Positions 19,669 through 29,612 of a stretch of DNA of 64,000 nucleotides are shown in pieces (the stretch's first letter is position 1; each line of letters opens with the position of its first letter). Source of the stretch: Burkholderiales bacterium (GTDB lineage Bacteria > Pseudomonadota > Gammaproteobacteria > Burkholderiales > Burkholderiaceae_C). A program made the translations under genes and the position numbers. The notes under the pieces were generated by a model. The model did no database searches and was not told the origin of the DNA. It saw only the letters and a list, made by a program, of their open reading frames with translations. Location of the stretch: NCBI GenBank assembly GCA_017302495.1, contig JAFLDG010000001.1, positions 4,528-68,527 on the forward strand, written 5' to 3'.

Positions 19669-20103
19669 ATGATCCGTTTCCGCACCCTCGCCGTTGTCGC
19701 CACGCTCAGTGCCGCCACGGCGGTCTCGCTCGCACAGGACGACCACCACAAGGCCCATCACCCGGCCGGGTCGGCATCCGCGGCGACGCCCGCGCCGGCC
19801 GCAGGGAAGGCGGCGGGCATGCCCGACATGGCCATGATGGACAAGCACACGAAGGCCATGCAGGCGATGCACGAGAAGATGGCCAGCGCGAAGACGCCAG
19901 CGGAGCGCGAGGCTCTGATGGCCGAGCACATGAAGCTCATGCAGGAAGGCATGTCGATGATGGGAGGCATGGCGCCCGGCAAGGCGCCGGGCAACACCGC
20001 CGCGCGCCTGCAGATGATGGAGAAGCGCATGGACATGATGCAGTCGATGATGCAGATGATGATGGACCGCATGCCCATGTCGCCTGCGGCTCCGGCCAAG
20101 TGA
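19669..20103 (+). CDS. Met/His-rich periplasmic protein (putative Cu/Ag-binding)
   Basis: Signal peptide, DDHHKAHH, very Met-rich helices (MMEKRMDMMQSMMQMMM). AGGAGG RBS. Confidence 0.8.
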   Translation: MIRFRTLAVVATLSAATAVSLAQDDHHKAHHPAGSASAATPAPAAGKAAGMPDMAMMDKHTKAMQAMHEKMASAKTPAEREALMAEHMKLMQEGMSMMGGMAPGKAPGNTAARLQMMEKRMDMMQSMMQMMMDRMPMSPAAPAK

Positions 20104-20179
20104 GCCTCGTGCGCGCCTGCCAGCGCCGGTCGGATCCTTCGAGTCGCCGCGCCACAACCACCACCGATGGAACCCGCAG

Positions 20180-20830
20180 ATGAACCACGACCAACCCGGC
20201 TACGGATTGTGGATGCTGGTCATCCTCAATTCGGCCATCTTCCTGATGTTCGCCTTCAGCTTCTTCAAGCCGCAGACCGGTCGTGACTGGCGCAGCTTCG
20301 GGGCCTTCGCGGCCTTCGTGGTCGCGCTGTTCGTCGAGATGTACGGCTTTCCGCTGACGATCTACCTGATGTCGGGCTGGCTGCAGACGAAGTACCCCAA
20401 CCTGGACCTGATGTCGCCCAACAGCGGACACCTGTGGTCGACGCTGCTCGGCGAGAAGGGCGATCCGCACTTCGGGGTGCTGCACATCGCCAGCTACGTC
20501 TTCCTCGGGCTGGGCTTCTACCTTCTGTCCGCCGCGTGGAACGTGCTGTACCACGCCCAGCGCGCCAAGCGGCTGGCGACGGCCGGGCCCTATGCCCGCA
20601 TCCGCCATCCGCAGTACGTCGCGTTCGTGATGATCCTACTGGGCTTCCTGCTGCAGTGGCCCACGCTGCTGACGTTGGCGATGTTCCCGATCCTGGTGGC
20701 CATGTACGGACGTCTGGCCGTCACGGAAGAGCGCGAGATGCGCGAGCGCTTCGGCGCCGAGTTCGAAGCCTACGCCGCTCGAACTCCGCGCTTCTTTCCC
20801 GCACTGGGAAACCGCGCCCCGGCTACCTGA
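20180..20830 (+). CDS. Isoprenylcysteine carboxyl methyltransferase-family membrane protein
   Basis: GPYARIRHPQY, EE..M..RFG..F..Y...TPRF. Confidence 0.85.
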   Translation: MNHDQPGYGLWMLVILNSAIFLMFAFSFFKPQTGRDWRSFGAFAAFVVALFVEMYGFPLTIYLMSGWLQTKYPNLDLMSPNSGHLWSTLLGEKGDPHFGVLHIASYVFLGLGFYLLSAAWNVLYHAQRAKRLATAGPYARIRHPQYVAFVMILLGFLLQWPTLLTLAMFPILVAMYGRLAVTEEREMRERFGAEFEAYAARTPRFFPALGNRAPAT

Positions 20831-20907
20831 GGCCGGCGATCGGGTGCGAAAGACATGCGCAGTCGACGCGTGGTCCACAACGCAGTACGGCCTTGCTGGA
20901 GATTGAT

Positions 20908-21513
20908 ATGACGGACTCCGTCATCCCTGCCGATTCGCCGGACGATGCGGACCGCCGGCTCTGGCTCGGCGCGGCAACCGCCGCCGGCGGCGCGGGTCTA
21001 GTTGCCACCGCGGTGCCCTTCGTGGCCTCGCTCGCACCCAGCGAGAAGGCGCGCGCACTGGGCGCGCCGGTCGACGTCGATGTCGGCAGCCTGCGCCCGG
21101 GCGAACTGCGCACGGTGGAGTGGCGCGGCAGGCCGATGTTCGTGCTGCACCGCACGCCCGAGATGATCGACGCGCTGGCGCGGCACGACACCCTGCTCGC
21201 CGACCCGCAGTCGCGGCGGTCGCTGCAGCCCGAAGCCGCACGAAACGACCTGCGCTCGATCCGGCCCGAACTGGCGGTGATCGAGGCGGTGTGCACCCAC
21301 CTGGGCTGCGTCCCCACCTTCCGGCCCACGCCCGGCAGCCCGGACATCGGCGCGCAGTGGCCGGGCGGCTTCTACTGCCCCTGCCACGGATCGAAGTTCG
21401 ACCTCGCCGGCCGCGTGTTCAAGAACGTGCCGGCACCGACCAACCTGACCGTACCGCCGCACCGTTTCCTCTCCGAGACCGTGCTGCTGATCGGTGCGGA
21501 TCCAGCAGCCTGA
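20908..21513 (+). CDS. petA: Rieske [2Fe-2S] protein of ubiquinol-cytochrome c reductase type (orphan)
   Basis: Tat DRRLWL, VPFVASLAPSEKA, CTHLGC and CPCHGS, APTNL. No cytochrome b/c1 genes adjacent. Confidence 0.85.
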   Translation: MTDSVIPADSPDDADRRLWLGAATAAGGAGLVATAVPFVASLAPSEKARALGAPVDVDVGSLRPGELRTVEWRGRPMFVLHRTPEMIDALARHDTLLADPQSRRSLQPEAARNDLRSIRPELAVIEAVCTHLGCVPTFRPTPGSPDIGAQWPGGFYCPCHGSKFDLAGRVFKNVPAPTNLTVPPHRFLSETVLLIGADPAA

Positions 21514-21523
21514 GGAGGTGCCC

Positions 21524-22396
21524 ATGTCCAGGAAGCACAAGAAGCAAGAGAAGCGCGACAAGATCAGTACCCACGAGGGTGCGGCAGACAGAGCAAGCGC
21601 ACCGGCGTCCGACGCTCCGGCGCCCTCGGACCGATCCCTGTCCAGGGAGGAGTACGAGGCGCAGCTGCACGTGCTGCAGGTCGAGCTGGTGAAGCTGCAG
21701 CGCCACTTCATCCGCTGTCAGGACCGCATCCTGGTCGTGCTCGAAGGTCGCGACGCCGCCGGCAAGGACGGCAGCATCAAGCGCATCGTCGAGTACCTCA
21801 GCCCGCGAGAGACCCGCGTCGTGGCGCTGGGCAAACCCTCCGATCGCGAACGCAGCGGCTGGTACTTCCAGCGCTACGTGCCGCACCTGCCGGTGGCCGA
21901 GGAACTCGTGCTGTTCAACCGCAGTTGGTACAACCGCGCCGGCGTCGAGCACGTCATGGGCTTCTGCACCAAGGAGCAGCACGAAGAGTTCATACAGTCC
22001 GTGCCGAAGTTCGAGGAGATGCTGGTCGGCTCGGGCATCAAGCTGCTGAAGTACTACCTCGACATCAGCAAGGACGAACAGGCCAGGCGCCTCGACGAAC
22101 GCCGCCGCGACCCGCTCAAGCAGTGGAAATCGAGCCCGGTCGATGCGGTGGCCGTCAGGCATTGGAAGGCGTACTCCGCGGCCCGCGACGCCATGCTGAC
22201 GCGGACGCACACGGCGACGGCACCGTGGCGCATCGTGAGCGCCGACAACAAGCGCCTGGCCCGTCTCAACCTGATGCGCGACATGCTCTCGCGGCTGCAC
22301 TACGCCGGCCGGAAGGACAGGCTCTTACGCCCCGACCCCGAGATCGTTTTCGAGTTCTCTCCCGATTGCCTCGAGGCCGGACGCCTGGCCCGCTGA
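21524..22396 (+). CDS. ppk2: Polyphosphate kinase 2
   Basis: [45 protein letters not shown]. Confidence 0.92.
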   Translation: MSRKHKKQEKRDKISTHEGAADRASAPASDAPAPSDRSLSREEYEAQLHVLQVELVKLQRHFIRCQDRILVVLEGRDAAGKDGSIKRIVEYLSPRETRVVALGKPSDRERSGWYFQRYVPHLPVAEELVLFNRSWYNRAGVEHVMGFCTKEQHEEFIQSVPKFEEMLVGSGIKLLKYYLDISKDEQARRLDERRRDPLKQWKSSPVDAVAVRHWKAYSAARDAMLTRTHTATAPWRIVSADNKRLARLNLMRDMLSRLHYAGRKDRLLRPDPEIVFEFSPDCLEAGRLAR

Positions 22397-22422
22397 TATC
22401 CACCCCATCCAAAGGATCCTTC

Positions 22423-24876
22423 ATGAAGACAAGCACCGTAGAAGTCGGCGAACTGGTCTCTAGCCTGAGCGCCGCCGGCGTGCAGCGCCGGATCGCGGCG
22501 CTGCACGGCGTTCATCACGTCGACGTCAACTACGTCGCCGGCAGCGCCACCGTGCACTACGACGAGACGAAGACCTCGCTGGAGGACATTCGCCAGCGCA
22601 TCATCGAGTGCGGCTACCACTGTCGCGGCGAGTTGCTGCCCGCGCACGTGTGCCCGCCCGAGCGGCATGCCGGTGCGCACGCAGGGCACGCGGGGCATGA
22701 AGGCCATGCCGCGCATGGCGCCCATGCCGGGCATGCCGCGGCCACGACCAAGGCCGCAGCTGCCGCAGCACCCGCCGGACACGCGGCGCACGTCGGCCAC
22801 GGTGCCGAAGCCGAGCACCAGATGAGCGACATGATGCACGACATGGGCCATGCGCCCGGCATGTCGATGCAGGACATGGCCAACGACATGCGCAACCGTT
22901 TCCTGGTGGCGCTGCTGTTCGCCATTCCGGTGTTCCTGTACTCGCCGATGGGCGAGATGTTCGGCGACTTCCCCACGCCGTTCGGGATGGATCGCAAGCT
23001 CTTCCTCTTCGTCGTCGCCACCGGCGCCATCGCCTGGCCGGGCTGGCCCTTCTTCGTCGCCGGCTGGCGCGCGGCGCGCAACAAGGTGGCCAACATGGCC
23101 ACGCTGGTGGTGCTGTCGGTGGGCACCGGCTACCTCTACAGCGTCGGGGCCACCTTCGTCTACGAAGGACCGGTCTTCTACGAGGCAGCGGCCGTGCTGC
23201 TGGTGTTCATCCTGCTCGGCCACTGGCTGGAGATGCGCGCCCGGGCCGGTGCCTCCGATGCGATCCGCGCGCTGATGGACCTGGCGCCACCGATGGCGAC
23301 CGTGCTGCGCGACGGCATCGAGACCAAGGTGCCGACGGCCGAGGTGCTGGTCGGCGAGACCGTCGTCGTCAAGCCGGGCGACAAGATCCCGGTGGACGGC
23401 AAGGTCACCGACGGCGCATCGCAGGTCGACGAGTCGATGCTCACCGGCGAGTCGATGCCGGTCAAGAAGGTGGTCGGCGATGCGGTGATCGGGGCGACCA
23501 TCAACAAGAGCGGCAGCTTTCGCTATCAGGCCACCAAGGTCGGCGCCGACACGGCGCTGGCGCAGATCGTCAAGCTGGTCCAGGAAGCGCAGAACTCGAA
23601 GGCACCGGGCCAGCTGCTGGCCGACAAGGCCTCGCAGTGGCTGGTCCTCATCGCGATCGTCCTGGGACTCGCGACCTTCGTGGTGTGGTTCTGGGTCCTC
23701 GGCCAGCCACTGCTGTTCGCCCTCACGCTGACCATCACCGTCTTCGTCATCGCCTGCCCCGACGCGCTCGGGCTGGCGACCCCCATGGCGGTCATGGTAG
23801 GCACCGGCCTCGGCGCGCGCAACGGCATCCTGTTCAAGAATGCCGCCGCGCTGGAAAACGCCACCAAGCTGACCGTGGTGGTCTTCGACAAGACCGGCAC
23901 GCTGACGCTGGGCCAGCCGGACGTGGTGGAGATGGTGTCGGCACCGGGCGTGACGGAAGCGCAACTGCTGTCCACCGCGGCCGCGGTGGAGAAGTTTTCC
24001 GAGCACCCGCTGGCGCTGGCCATCCTGAAGCGTACCGGCTCCGACACGCCGGAGACGGCGACCGCCTTCACCAACATCGATGGGCAGGGCGCGCGCGCCA
24101 AGATCGGCGACGAGGCCGTGCTGCTCGGCAACCGCAAGCTGATGGAAGCCGAGCGCATCGGACTCGCGGACCTGGCAGCGCAGGCCGCACGACTGCAAGG
24201 CGGCGGCCGCACGGTCGTCCACGTGGCGCGCGGCGGCCGCCTGATCGGCCTGATCGCGATCGCCGACGCGGTGCGCCCGAGCTCCCGGGCCACGATCGCC
24301 AAACTGCAGGAGCGCGGCGTCAAGGTGGCGATGATCACCGGCGACAACCAGGCTACCGCCGAACGCATCGGCAAGGAGTTGGGCATCGACATCGTGCTCG
24401 CCGACGTGCTGCCGGGCGAGAAGGCCTCGAAGATCAAGGAGCTTCAGGCCCAGGGTCACAAGGTCGCGATGGTCGGCGACGGCATCAACGACGCCCCGGC
24501 CCTGACGCAGGCCGATGTCGGCTTCGCGATCGGCGCCGGCACCGACGTGGCCATGGAAAGCGCCCAGGTCGTGCTGATGAAGAGCGACCCCTACGACGTG
24601 GTCGGTGCGATCGAGCTGTCGCGCGCGACGCTGCGCAAGATGCACCAGAACCTGTGGTGGGCGGTGGGCTACAACGTGATCGCCTTCCCGGTCGCGGCCG
24701 GCGTCTTCTATCCGTTCACGCTGTCGCCCGAGGTGGCGGCGCTGTCGATGTCGGGCAGTTCGGCCATCGTCGCGATCAACGCGCTGATGCTCAAGCGCAC
24801 CAGGCTCGCGGGCATCCGCAGCCCCCACCCTGCGCCGGCCGCGTCCTCGACGGTCGCGCAAGGCGCGTCGGCCTGA
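22423..24876 (+). CDS. Heavy-metal (Cu-type) P1B ATPase with CPD motif and His-rich linker
   Basis: [31 protein letters not shown] and MSGSS. The N-terminal HMA-like fold lacks CxxC. Confidence 0.92.
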   Translation: MKTSTVEVGELVSSLSAAGVQRRIAALHGVHHVDVNYVAGSATVHYDETKTSLEDIRQRIIECGYHCRGELLPAHVCPPERHAGAHAGHAGHEGHAAHGAHAGHAAATTKAAAAAAPAGHAAHVGHGAEAEHQMSDMMHDMGHAPGMSMQDMANDMRNRFLVALLFAIPVFLYSPMGEMFGDFPTPFGMDRKLFLFVVATGAIAWPGWPFFVAGWRAARNKVANMATLVVLSVGTGYLYSVGATFVYEGPVFYEAAAVLLVFILLGHWLEMRARAGASDAIRALMDLAPPMATVLRDGIETKVPTAEVLVGETVVVKPGDKIPVDGKVTDGASQVDESMLTGESMPVKKVVGDAVIGATINKSGSFRYQATKVGADTALAQIVKLVQEAQNSKAPGQLLADKASQWLVLIAIVLGLATFVVWFWVLGQPLLFALTLTITVFVIACPDALGLATPMAVMVGTGLGARNGILFKNAAALENATKLTVVVFDKTGTLTLGQPDVVEMVSAPGVTEAQLLSTAAAVEKFSEHPLALAILKRTGSDTPETATAFTNIDGQGARAKIGDEAVLLGNRKLMEAERIGLADLAAQAARLQGGGRTVVHVARGGRLIGLIAIADAVRPSSRATIAKLQERGVKVAMITGDNQATAERIGKELGIDIVLADVLPGEKASKIKELQAQGHKVAMVGDGINDAPALTQADVGFAIGAGTDVAMESAQVVLMKSDPYDVVGAIELSRATLRKMHQNLWWAVGYNVIAFPVAAGVFYPFTLSPEVAALSMSGSSAIVAINALMLKRTRLAGIRSPHPAPAASSTVAQGASA

Positions 24877-24897
24877 ACCTGACACGGCTTTGCAGCG

Positions 24898-26202
24898 ATG
24901 ACGAACCCAGGCCGCCTCGAACGCCAGCGGTCGCCGGAAGCGCCCGGGCTGGGGGCATGGCAACTGGGATGGCTGGCGGCCGCGGTCTTCGTCGTCTCCG
25001 CGGGCTATGGCGCGCTGATGCCCCTGCTGCCGGCCTGGCTGGCGCCGCTGATGGCGGCCGACGGCCAGGCCGAGGTCGCACGCCATGTCGGGCTGCTCAG
25101 CGGCCTGTATGCCGCCGGGGTGCTGGTCGGCGCGCCGTTGTGGGGTCTGGTCTCCGACCGCTGGGGCCGGGGCCGCATCCTGATGATCGGCCTGGTCGGC
25201 TATGTCGCCAGCCTGCTGCCCTTGTTGCAGCCCGACTGGATCGGGCTCGCCGGCATCTACCTGTCGCGCGGGGCCACCGGCTTCTTCGTCGCGGCCGTCG
25301 TGCCGGTGGTGCCCGCGCTCGTCGCCGAGCACACGCCGCAGGGCCAGCGCGCGCGCCGGTTCGCGTGGCTCGGTGCGATGTCGCTGCTGGGCTTCCTGTT
25401 CGGACCGGGACTCGATGCCGCCGCCGCGCAGATGTCCGGCGCACTTGCCGGCGTCGGTGCCGGTACGCTCGACCCGACCGATCTCGTGATCGTGATGTCG
25501 GCGGCGCTGGGCGCGTTGATGATGCTCGGACTGGCAGTCACCTTGCCGCGCGGCGCGCCGGCCGCCCCCGAGGACGATGTGCAGTCCGTGTCTGCCGATC
25601 GGCGGCGCGCGATGGCGCTGTGGGGGCTGAACGGCGCGGTCATGTTCGTGCTGTCGGGCTTCGAGCTCGGCATCGTGCTGCAGGGCCAGCAGCACCCGAC
25701 GCTGTCGCCGCGCGAGATCTCGCTGATGTTCGCGCAGTGCAGCCTGGTGATGCTCGGCGTCAACGCACTGCTGTTTTTCACCGGGCTGCTCGAGCGCGCC
25801 GCCGGCCGCGGCGTGATGGCGGCCGGGCTCCTGCTGGCGATCGCCGGGCTGGCGCTGCTGGCCCAGCATCGCAGCAACGCCTGGATGTACGTCGGTGTCA
25901 GTCTCACGGCCGCCGGCACCGGGCTCGTGTTGCCGACACTCGCCTACCTCGCGGCCGGAGCCTCCCGGCAACGGCTCGGTACGACGATGGGTGGATTGGC
26001 CGCGGCCGCGGGCTTCGGCCAGACGCTCGGTTCGGCGGCCGCCGGCTGGCTCTTCGGCGCGGTGGCCCAGCTCGGCTTCGCGTGGCTCGCGCTGCCGCTG
26101 CTGGCCACGCTGGGCAGCCTGATCGTGCGGCCCGCGTGGTGGTCGGCCGAGGGCCCTGCGCCGCGGTCGGCACGTGTTTCTTCCGAGCCGCTTCCCAAAT
26201 GA
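24898..26202 (+). CDS. MFS transporter
   Basis: About 12 TM helices, motif A GLVSDRWGRGR. Confidence 0.85.
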   Translation: MTNPGRLERQRSPEAPGLGAWQLGWLAAAVFVVSAGYGALMPLLPAWLAPLMAADGQAEVARHVGLLSGLYAAGVLVGAPLWGLVSDRWGRGRILMIGLVGYVASLLPLLQPDWIGLAGIYLSRGATGFFVAAVVPVVPALVAEHTPQGQRARRFAWLGAMSLLGFLFGPGLDAAAAQMSGALAGVGAGTLDPTDLVIVMSAALGALMMLGLAVTLPRGAPAAPEDDVQSVSADRRRAMALWGLNGAVMFVLSGFELGIVLQGQQHPTLSPREISLMFAQCSLVMLGVNALLFFTGLLERAAGRGVMAAGLLLAIAGLALLAQHRSNAWMYVGVSLTAAGTGLVLPTLAYLAAGASRQRLGTTMGGLAAAAGFGQTLGSAAAGWLFGAVAQLGFAWLALPLLATLGSLIVRPAWWSAEGPAPRSARVSSEPLPK

Positions 26203-26222
26203 CAACCCCAGGAGCCCTGACC

Positions 26223-26837
26223 ATGCGCCACTTCCTCGCCGCCCTTCTCGCCGCGCTGACGCTCGCGCTGTCCGGCTGCGGCTACAACACCTTCCAGTCG
26301 ACCGACGAACAGATCAAGGCCAGCTGGTCCGAGGTGCTGAACCAGTACCAGCGCCGCGCCGACCTGATCCCCAACATCGTCGCCACCGTCAAGGGCGAGG
26401 CCAACTTCGAACAGGAGACGCTGACCAAGGTGGTGGAGGCGCGCGCCAAGGCCACCTCGATCCAGGCCACGCCCGAGCTGGTCAACAACCCGGAGGCGTT
26501 CAACAAGTTCCAGGCCGCGCAAGGCGAACTGTCCAGCGCGCTGTCGCGCCTGCTGGTGGTATCGGAGAACTACCCGAACCTGAAGGCGAACCAGGGCTTC
26601 CAGGACCTGCGTGCGCAGCTCGAAGGCACCGAGAACCGCATCACCGTGGCGCGCGGCCGCTATGTGAAGGCGGTGCAGGACTACAACGTCGCGGTCCGCA
26701 GCTTCCCGAGCAACCTGACAGCCATGGTGTTCGGCTACGGTGTCAAGGCCAATTTCAGCGTCGCCGACGAGGCGGCGCTCGCGGCTCCGCCGAAGGTCGA
26801 CCTCGGCGGCATCGGCGCCTCGGGTGCCAGGAAGTGA
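26223..26837 (+). CDS. lemA: LemA family lipoprotein
   Basis: LSGCGYN, QYQRRADLIPN, ENYPNLKA, EGTENRI. Confidence 0.9.
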   Translation: MRHFLAALLAALTLALSGCGYNTFQSTDEQIKASWSEVLNQYQRRADLIPNIVATVKGEANFEQETLTKVVEARAKATSIQATPELVNNPEAFNKFQAAQGELSSALSRLLVVSENYPNLKANQGFQDLRAQLEGTENRITVARGRYVKAVQDYNVAVRSFPSNLTAMVFGYGVKANFSVADEAALAAPPKVDLGGIGASGARK

Positions 26838-27730
26838 CAACGAGCCGCGTCCCTGTCGGACGCTTCCTGCGTTGGCTCGCCGTCGTCTGGCTTCTGTGCT
26901 GGAGCGCGCTGGGCGCTGCCCAGGAACTGATCCCGGTGCCGCCTCTGCAAGGTCGGGTAACCGACCTGACCGGCACGCTGACGGCACCGCAGAGCGCCGC
27001 GCTCGAGCAAACGCTGCGCGCGTTCGAGGAGCGCAAGGGCACGCAGATCGCGGTGCTCATCGTGCCGACCACGCGGCCGGAGGCGATCGAGCCCTTCGCG
27101 CTGCGTGTGGTCGAGCAGTGGAAGCTGGGCCGGCGCAAGGTCGACGACGGTGCGCTGCTGCTGGTCGCGAAGGACGACCGCGCCATACGGCTGGAGGTCG
27201 GCTACGGGATCGAAGGCGCACTGAACGATGCCACGGCAGCGCGGATCATCGCCGAGGTCGTCACCCCCCGGTTCCGGCAGGGCGATTTCTATGGAGGCCT
27301 CACTGCAGGGCTCGACCGGATCGTGCGCGTCCTCGATGGCGAAGCCCTGCCGGCCCCGACGCGGCGCGGCCCGGCATCTGCCGACGACGGCCTCGGACAA
27401 AGCTGGCCCGTGCTGTTCATCGTCGCGCTGGTGCTCGGCGGCGTGCTGCGGCAGGTGCTGGGCCGGGTGCCCGGGGCCCTGGTGGTCGGCGGCGTGCTGG
27501 GTGCCGTGGCCTGGTTCGCACTCGGCACGCTGGCCGTCGCCGCGACCGCGGGCTTGACCGGCTTCTTCGTCACGCTGCTGGGCATCGGCATGGGTGGTCA
27601 CGGCGGCATGCACCGGCACGGCGGACACCGAGGCGGCGGCTTTGGCGGTGGCGGCGGCTTTGGCGGAGGCGGCGGGTTCAGGGGCGGTGGCGGCGGTTTT
27701 GGCGGAGGCGGTTCGTCCGGCAGGTGGTGA
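26834..27730 (+). CDS. TPM-domain (YgcG family) protein with Gly-rich tail
   Basis: RVTDLTGTL, LEVGYGIEGAL, GGGFGGGGSSGRW. GTGA overlap with lemA. Confidence 0.88.
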   Translation: MTTSRVPVGRFLRWLAVVWLLCWSALGAAQELIPVPPLQGRVTDLTGTLTAPQSAALEQTLRAFEERKGTQIAVLIVPTTRPEAIEPFALRVVEQWKLGRRKVDDGALLLVAKDDRAIRLEVGYGIEGALNDATAARIIAEVVTPRFRQGDFYGGLTAGLDRIVRVLDGEALPAPTRRGPASADDGLGQSWPVLFIVALVLGGVLRQVLGRVPGALVVGGVLGAVAWFALGTLAVAATAGLTGFFVTLLGIGMGGHGGMHRHGGHRGGGFGGGGGFGGGGGFRGGGGGFGGGGSSGRW

Positions 27731-27732
27731 CG

Positions 27733-28230
27733 ATGGATGTGCCACGAATCCTGCGCCACCTTGCGACAACCGCGGCGCATGTGCGCCGCGCCTTCCCCGC
27801 ATCTGCGCTCCGCTCGATCGAGCAGGCCATCGCCGCGAGCGAGGCTACCCATGCGGGCGAGATCCGCTTTGTCGTCGAAGGCGCACTCGACGGTCTGCCG
27901 CTGTTGCGCGACCAGACGGCGCGCGAGCGCGCCATCGAAATATTCGCGCGGCTGCACGTCTGGGACACCGAGCACAACACCGGCGTGCTGATCTATGTGC
28001 TGCTCGCCGACCGGCGGGTCGAGATCGTCGCCGACCGGGGCATCCATGCCAAGGCCGGCGCCGAGGCCTGGTCCCTGATCTGCCGCGGCATGGAAACGCA
28101 CTTCGGCGCCGGCGACTTCGGCCGCGGCGCCGTCGAAGGCATCGAGGCCGTCACGCAGCTGGTCACGCGCCATTTCCCGCTCGCGCCCGGCGACCGCAAC
28201 GAGTTGCCCGACGCCCCGCTCCTGCTCTGA
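27733..28230 (+). CDS. TPM-domain protein
   Basis: GEIRFVVE, VWDTEHNTGVLIY, ADRGI, NELPD. Confidence 0.85.
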   Translation: MDVPRILRHLATTAAHVRRAFPASALRSIEQAIAASEATHAGEIRFVVEGALDGLPLLRDQTARERAIEIFARLHVWDTEHNTGVLIYVLLADRRVEIVADRGIHAKAGAEAWSLICRGMETHFGAGDFGRGAVEGIEAVTQLVTRHFPLAPGDRNELPDAPLLL

Positions 28231-28253
28231 ACACACACCCGAAGAGGACCTCC

Positions 28254-29612
28254 ATGCAACTGCAATTCCTCGGCGCCACCGGCACCGTTACCGGATCGAA
28301 GTACCTGCTGCGCCACGAGGGCGCGATGCTGCTCGTCGACTGCGGCCTGTTCCAGGGCTACAAGCAACTGCGGCTGCGCAACTGGGCACCGATGCCCGTG
28401 CCGGCCGCCGGGATCGACGCCATCGTGCTGACGCATGCCCACATCGATCACAGCGGCTACGTGCCGCTGCTGGCAAGGCAGGGTTTCAAGGGCAAGGTCT
28501 ACTGCACCGAGGCGACCTACGAGTTGTGTCGCATCCTGCTGCCCGACAGCGGCCACCTGCAGGAGGAGGAAGCCGAGTACGCCAACCGCCGCGGCTTCTC
28601 CAAGCACAAGCCGGCGCTGCCGCTGTACACCCGCGAAGACGCCGAGCGCTGCCTAAAGCAGTTCGTGCCGCGGCCCTACGGCACCCCGTGGGACCCGGCG
28701 CCCGGGCTGCAGGCACGCCTGGACCCGTCAGGGCACATGCTGGGTTCGGCCTTCGTGAAGATCGACGACGGTCGGCGGTCGATCCTGTTCTCCGGGGACA
28801 TCGGTCGTCCGAACGACCTGGTGCTGGCCGCACCGGCGCGCGTTCCGGGTGCCGACTACGCCGTGGTCGAGTCGACCTATGGCGACCGCCAGCACGAGGC
28901 GAGCGATCCGCTGCTCGAGCTCGGCGAGGTGATCAACCGCACGGCGGCGCGCGGCGGTGTCGTGGTGATTCCGGCGTTCGCCGTCGGGCGGGCGCAGAAC
29001 CTCATGTACTGCATCCACCTGCTCAAGGAGCGCGGCGTCATCCACCATTTGCCGGTCTACCTCGACAGCCCGATGGCCACCGACGCGACGCGCATCTACC
29101 ACGCGCACCGCGGCGAGCACCGCCTGAGCCCCGAGCAGTGCGAGGCGATGTGCCATGCGGCGACGATCGTCAACAAGCCCGACGACTCGCGCGCGCTGAG
29201 CGCGCGGCGTGGCCCGATGGTCATCATCTCGGCCAGCGGCATGGCCACGGGCGGGCGCGTCGTCCACCATCTCAAGGCCTTCGCGCCCGACCGCCGCAAC
29301 ACGATCCTGTTCGCGGGCTACCAGGCCGGCGGCACGCGCGGCGCCGCCATCCTGCACGGCGCCACCTCCGTACGCATCCACGGCGAGGACGTGCCGATTC
29401 ATGCGGAGGTGGCGGCGCTGGACAGCTTGTCCGCGCATGCCGACGCCGGCGAGATCCTGCAGTGGCTGCGCGGCTTCGACGCGCCGCCGACGCAGACCTT
29501 CATCACCCACGGTGAACCGGCGGCGGCCGACGCGATGCGTTCGCGCATCGAGCACGAACTGGGCTGGCCCTGCCGCGTGCCGGACTACCTGGAAACGGTG
29601 GAGCTGGCATGA
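28254..29612 (+). CDS. MBL-fold beta-CASP ribonuclease-like hydrolase
   Basis: FLGATGTVTGS, DCGLFQG, THAHIDHSG, SGDIG, ESTYG, SAHAD, HGE. Confidence 0.9.
   Translation: MQLQFLGATGTVTGSKYLLRHEGAMLLVDCGLFQGYKQLRLRNWAPMPVPAAGIDAIVLTHAHIDHSGYVPLLARQGFKGKVYCTEATYELCRILLPDSGHLQEEEAEYANRRGFSKHKPALPLYTREDAERCLKQFVPRPYGTPWDPAPGLQARLDPSGHMLGSAFVKIDDGRRSILFSGDIGRPNDLVLAAPARVPGADYAVVESTYGDRQHEASDPLLELGEVINRTAARGGVVVIPAFAVGRAQNLMYCIHLLKERGVIHHLPVYLDSPMATDATRIYHAHRGEHRLSPEQCEAMCHAATIVNKPDDSRALSARRGPMVIISASGMATGGRVVHHLKAFAPDRRNTILFAGYQAGGTRGAAILHGATSVRIHGEDVPIHAEVAALDSLSAHADAGEILQWLRGFDAPPTQTFITHGEPAAADAMRSRIEHELGWPCRVPDYLETVELA

Noticed and set aside
19440-19670. Anti-SD pairing between RLAL leader 3' ends and downstream RBSs
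   Set aside because: Only weak 4-6 bp matches were found by eye for the three RLAL copies, unlike the 10-bp match at 9389/9492, so it is not claimed.
22300-26205. 1301-aa - strand ORF
   Set aside because: Antisense shadow of the CPD ATPase and MFS genes.
27632-27712. GGCGGC-rich repeats
   Set aside because: They encode the normal Gly-rich tail of YgcG/TPM proteins.
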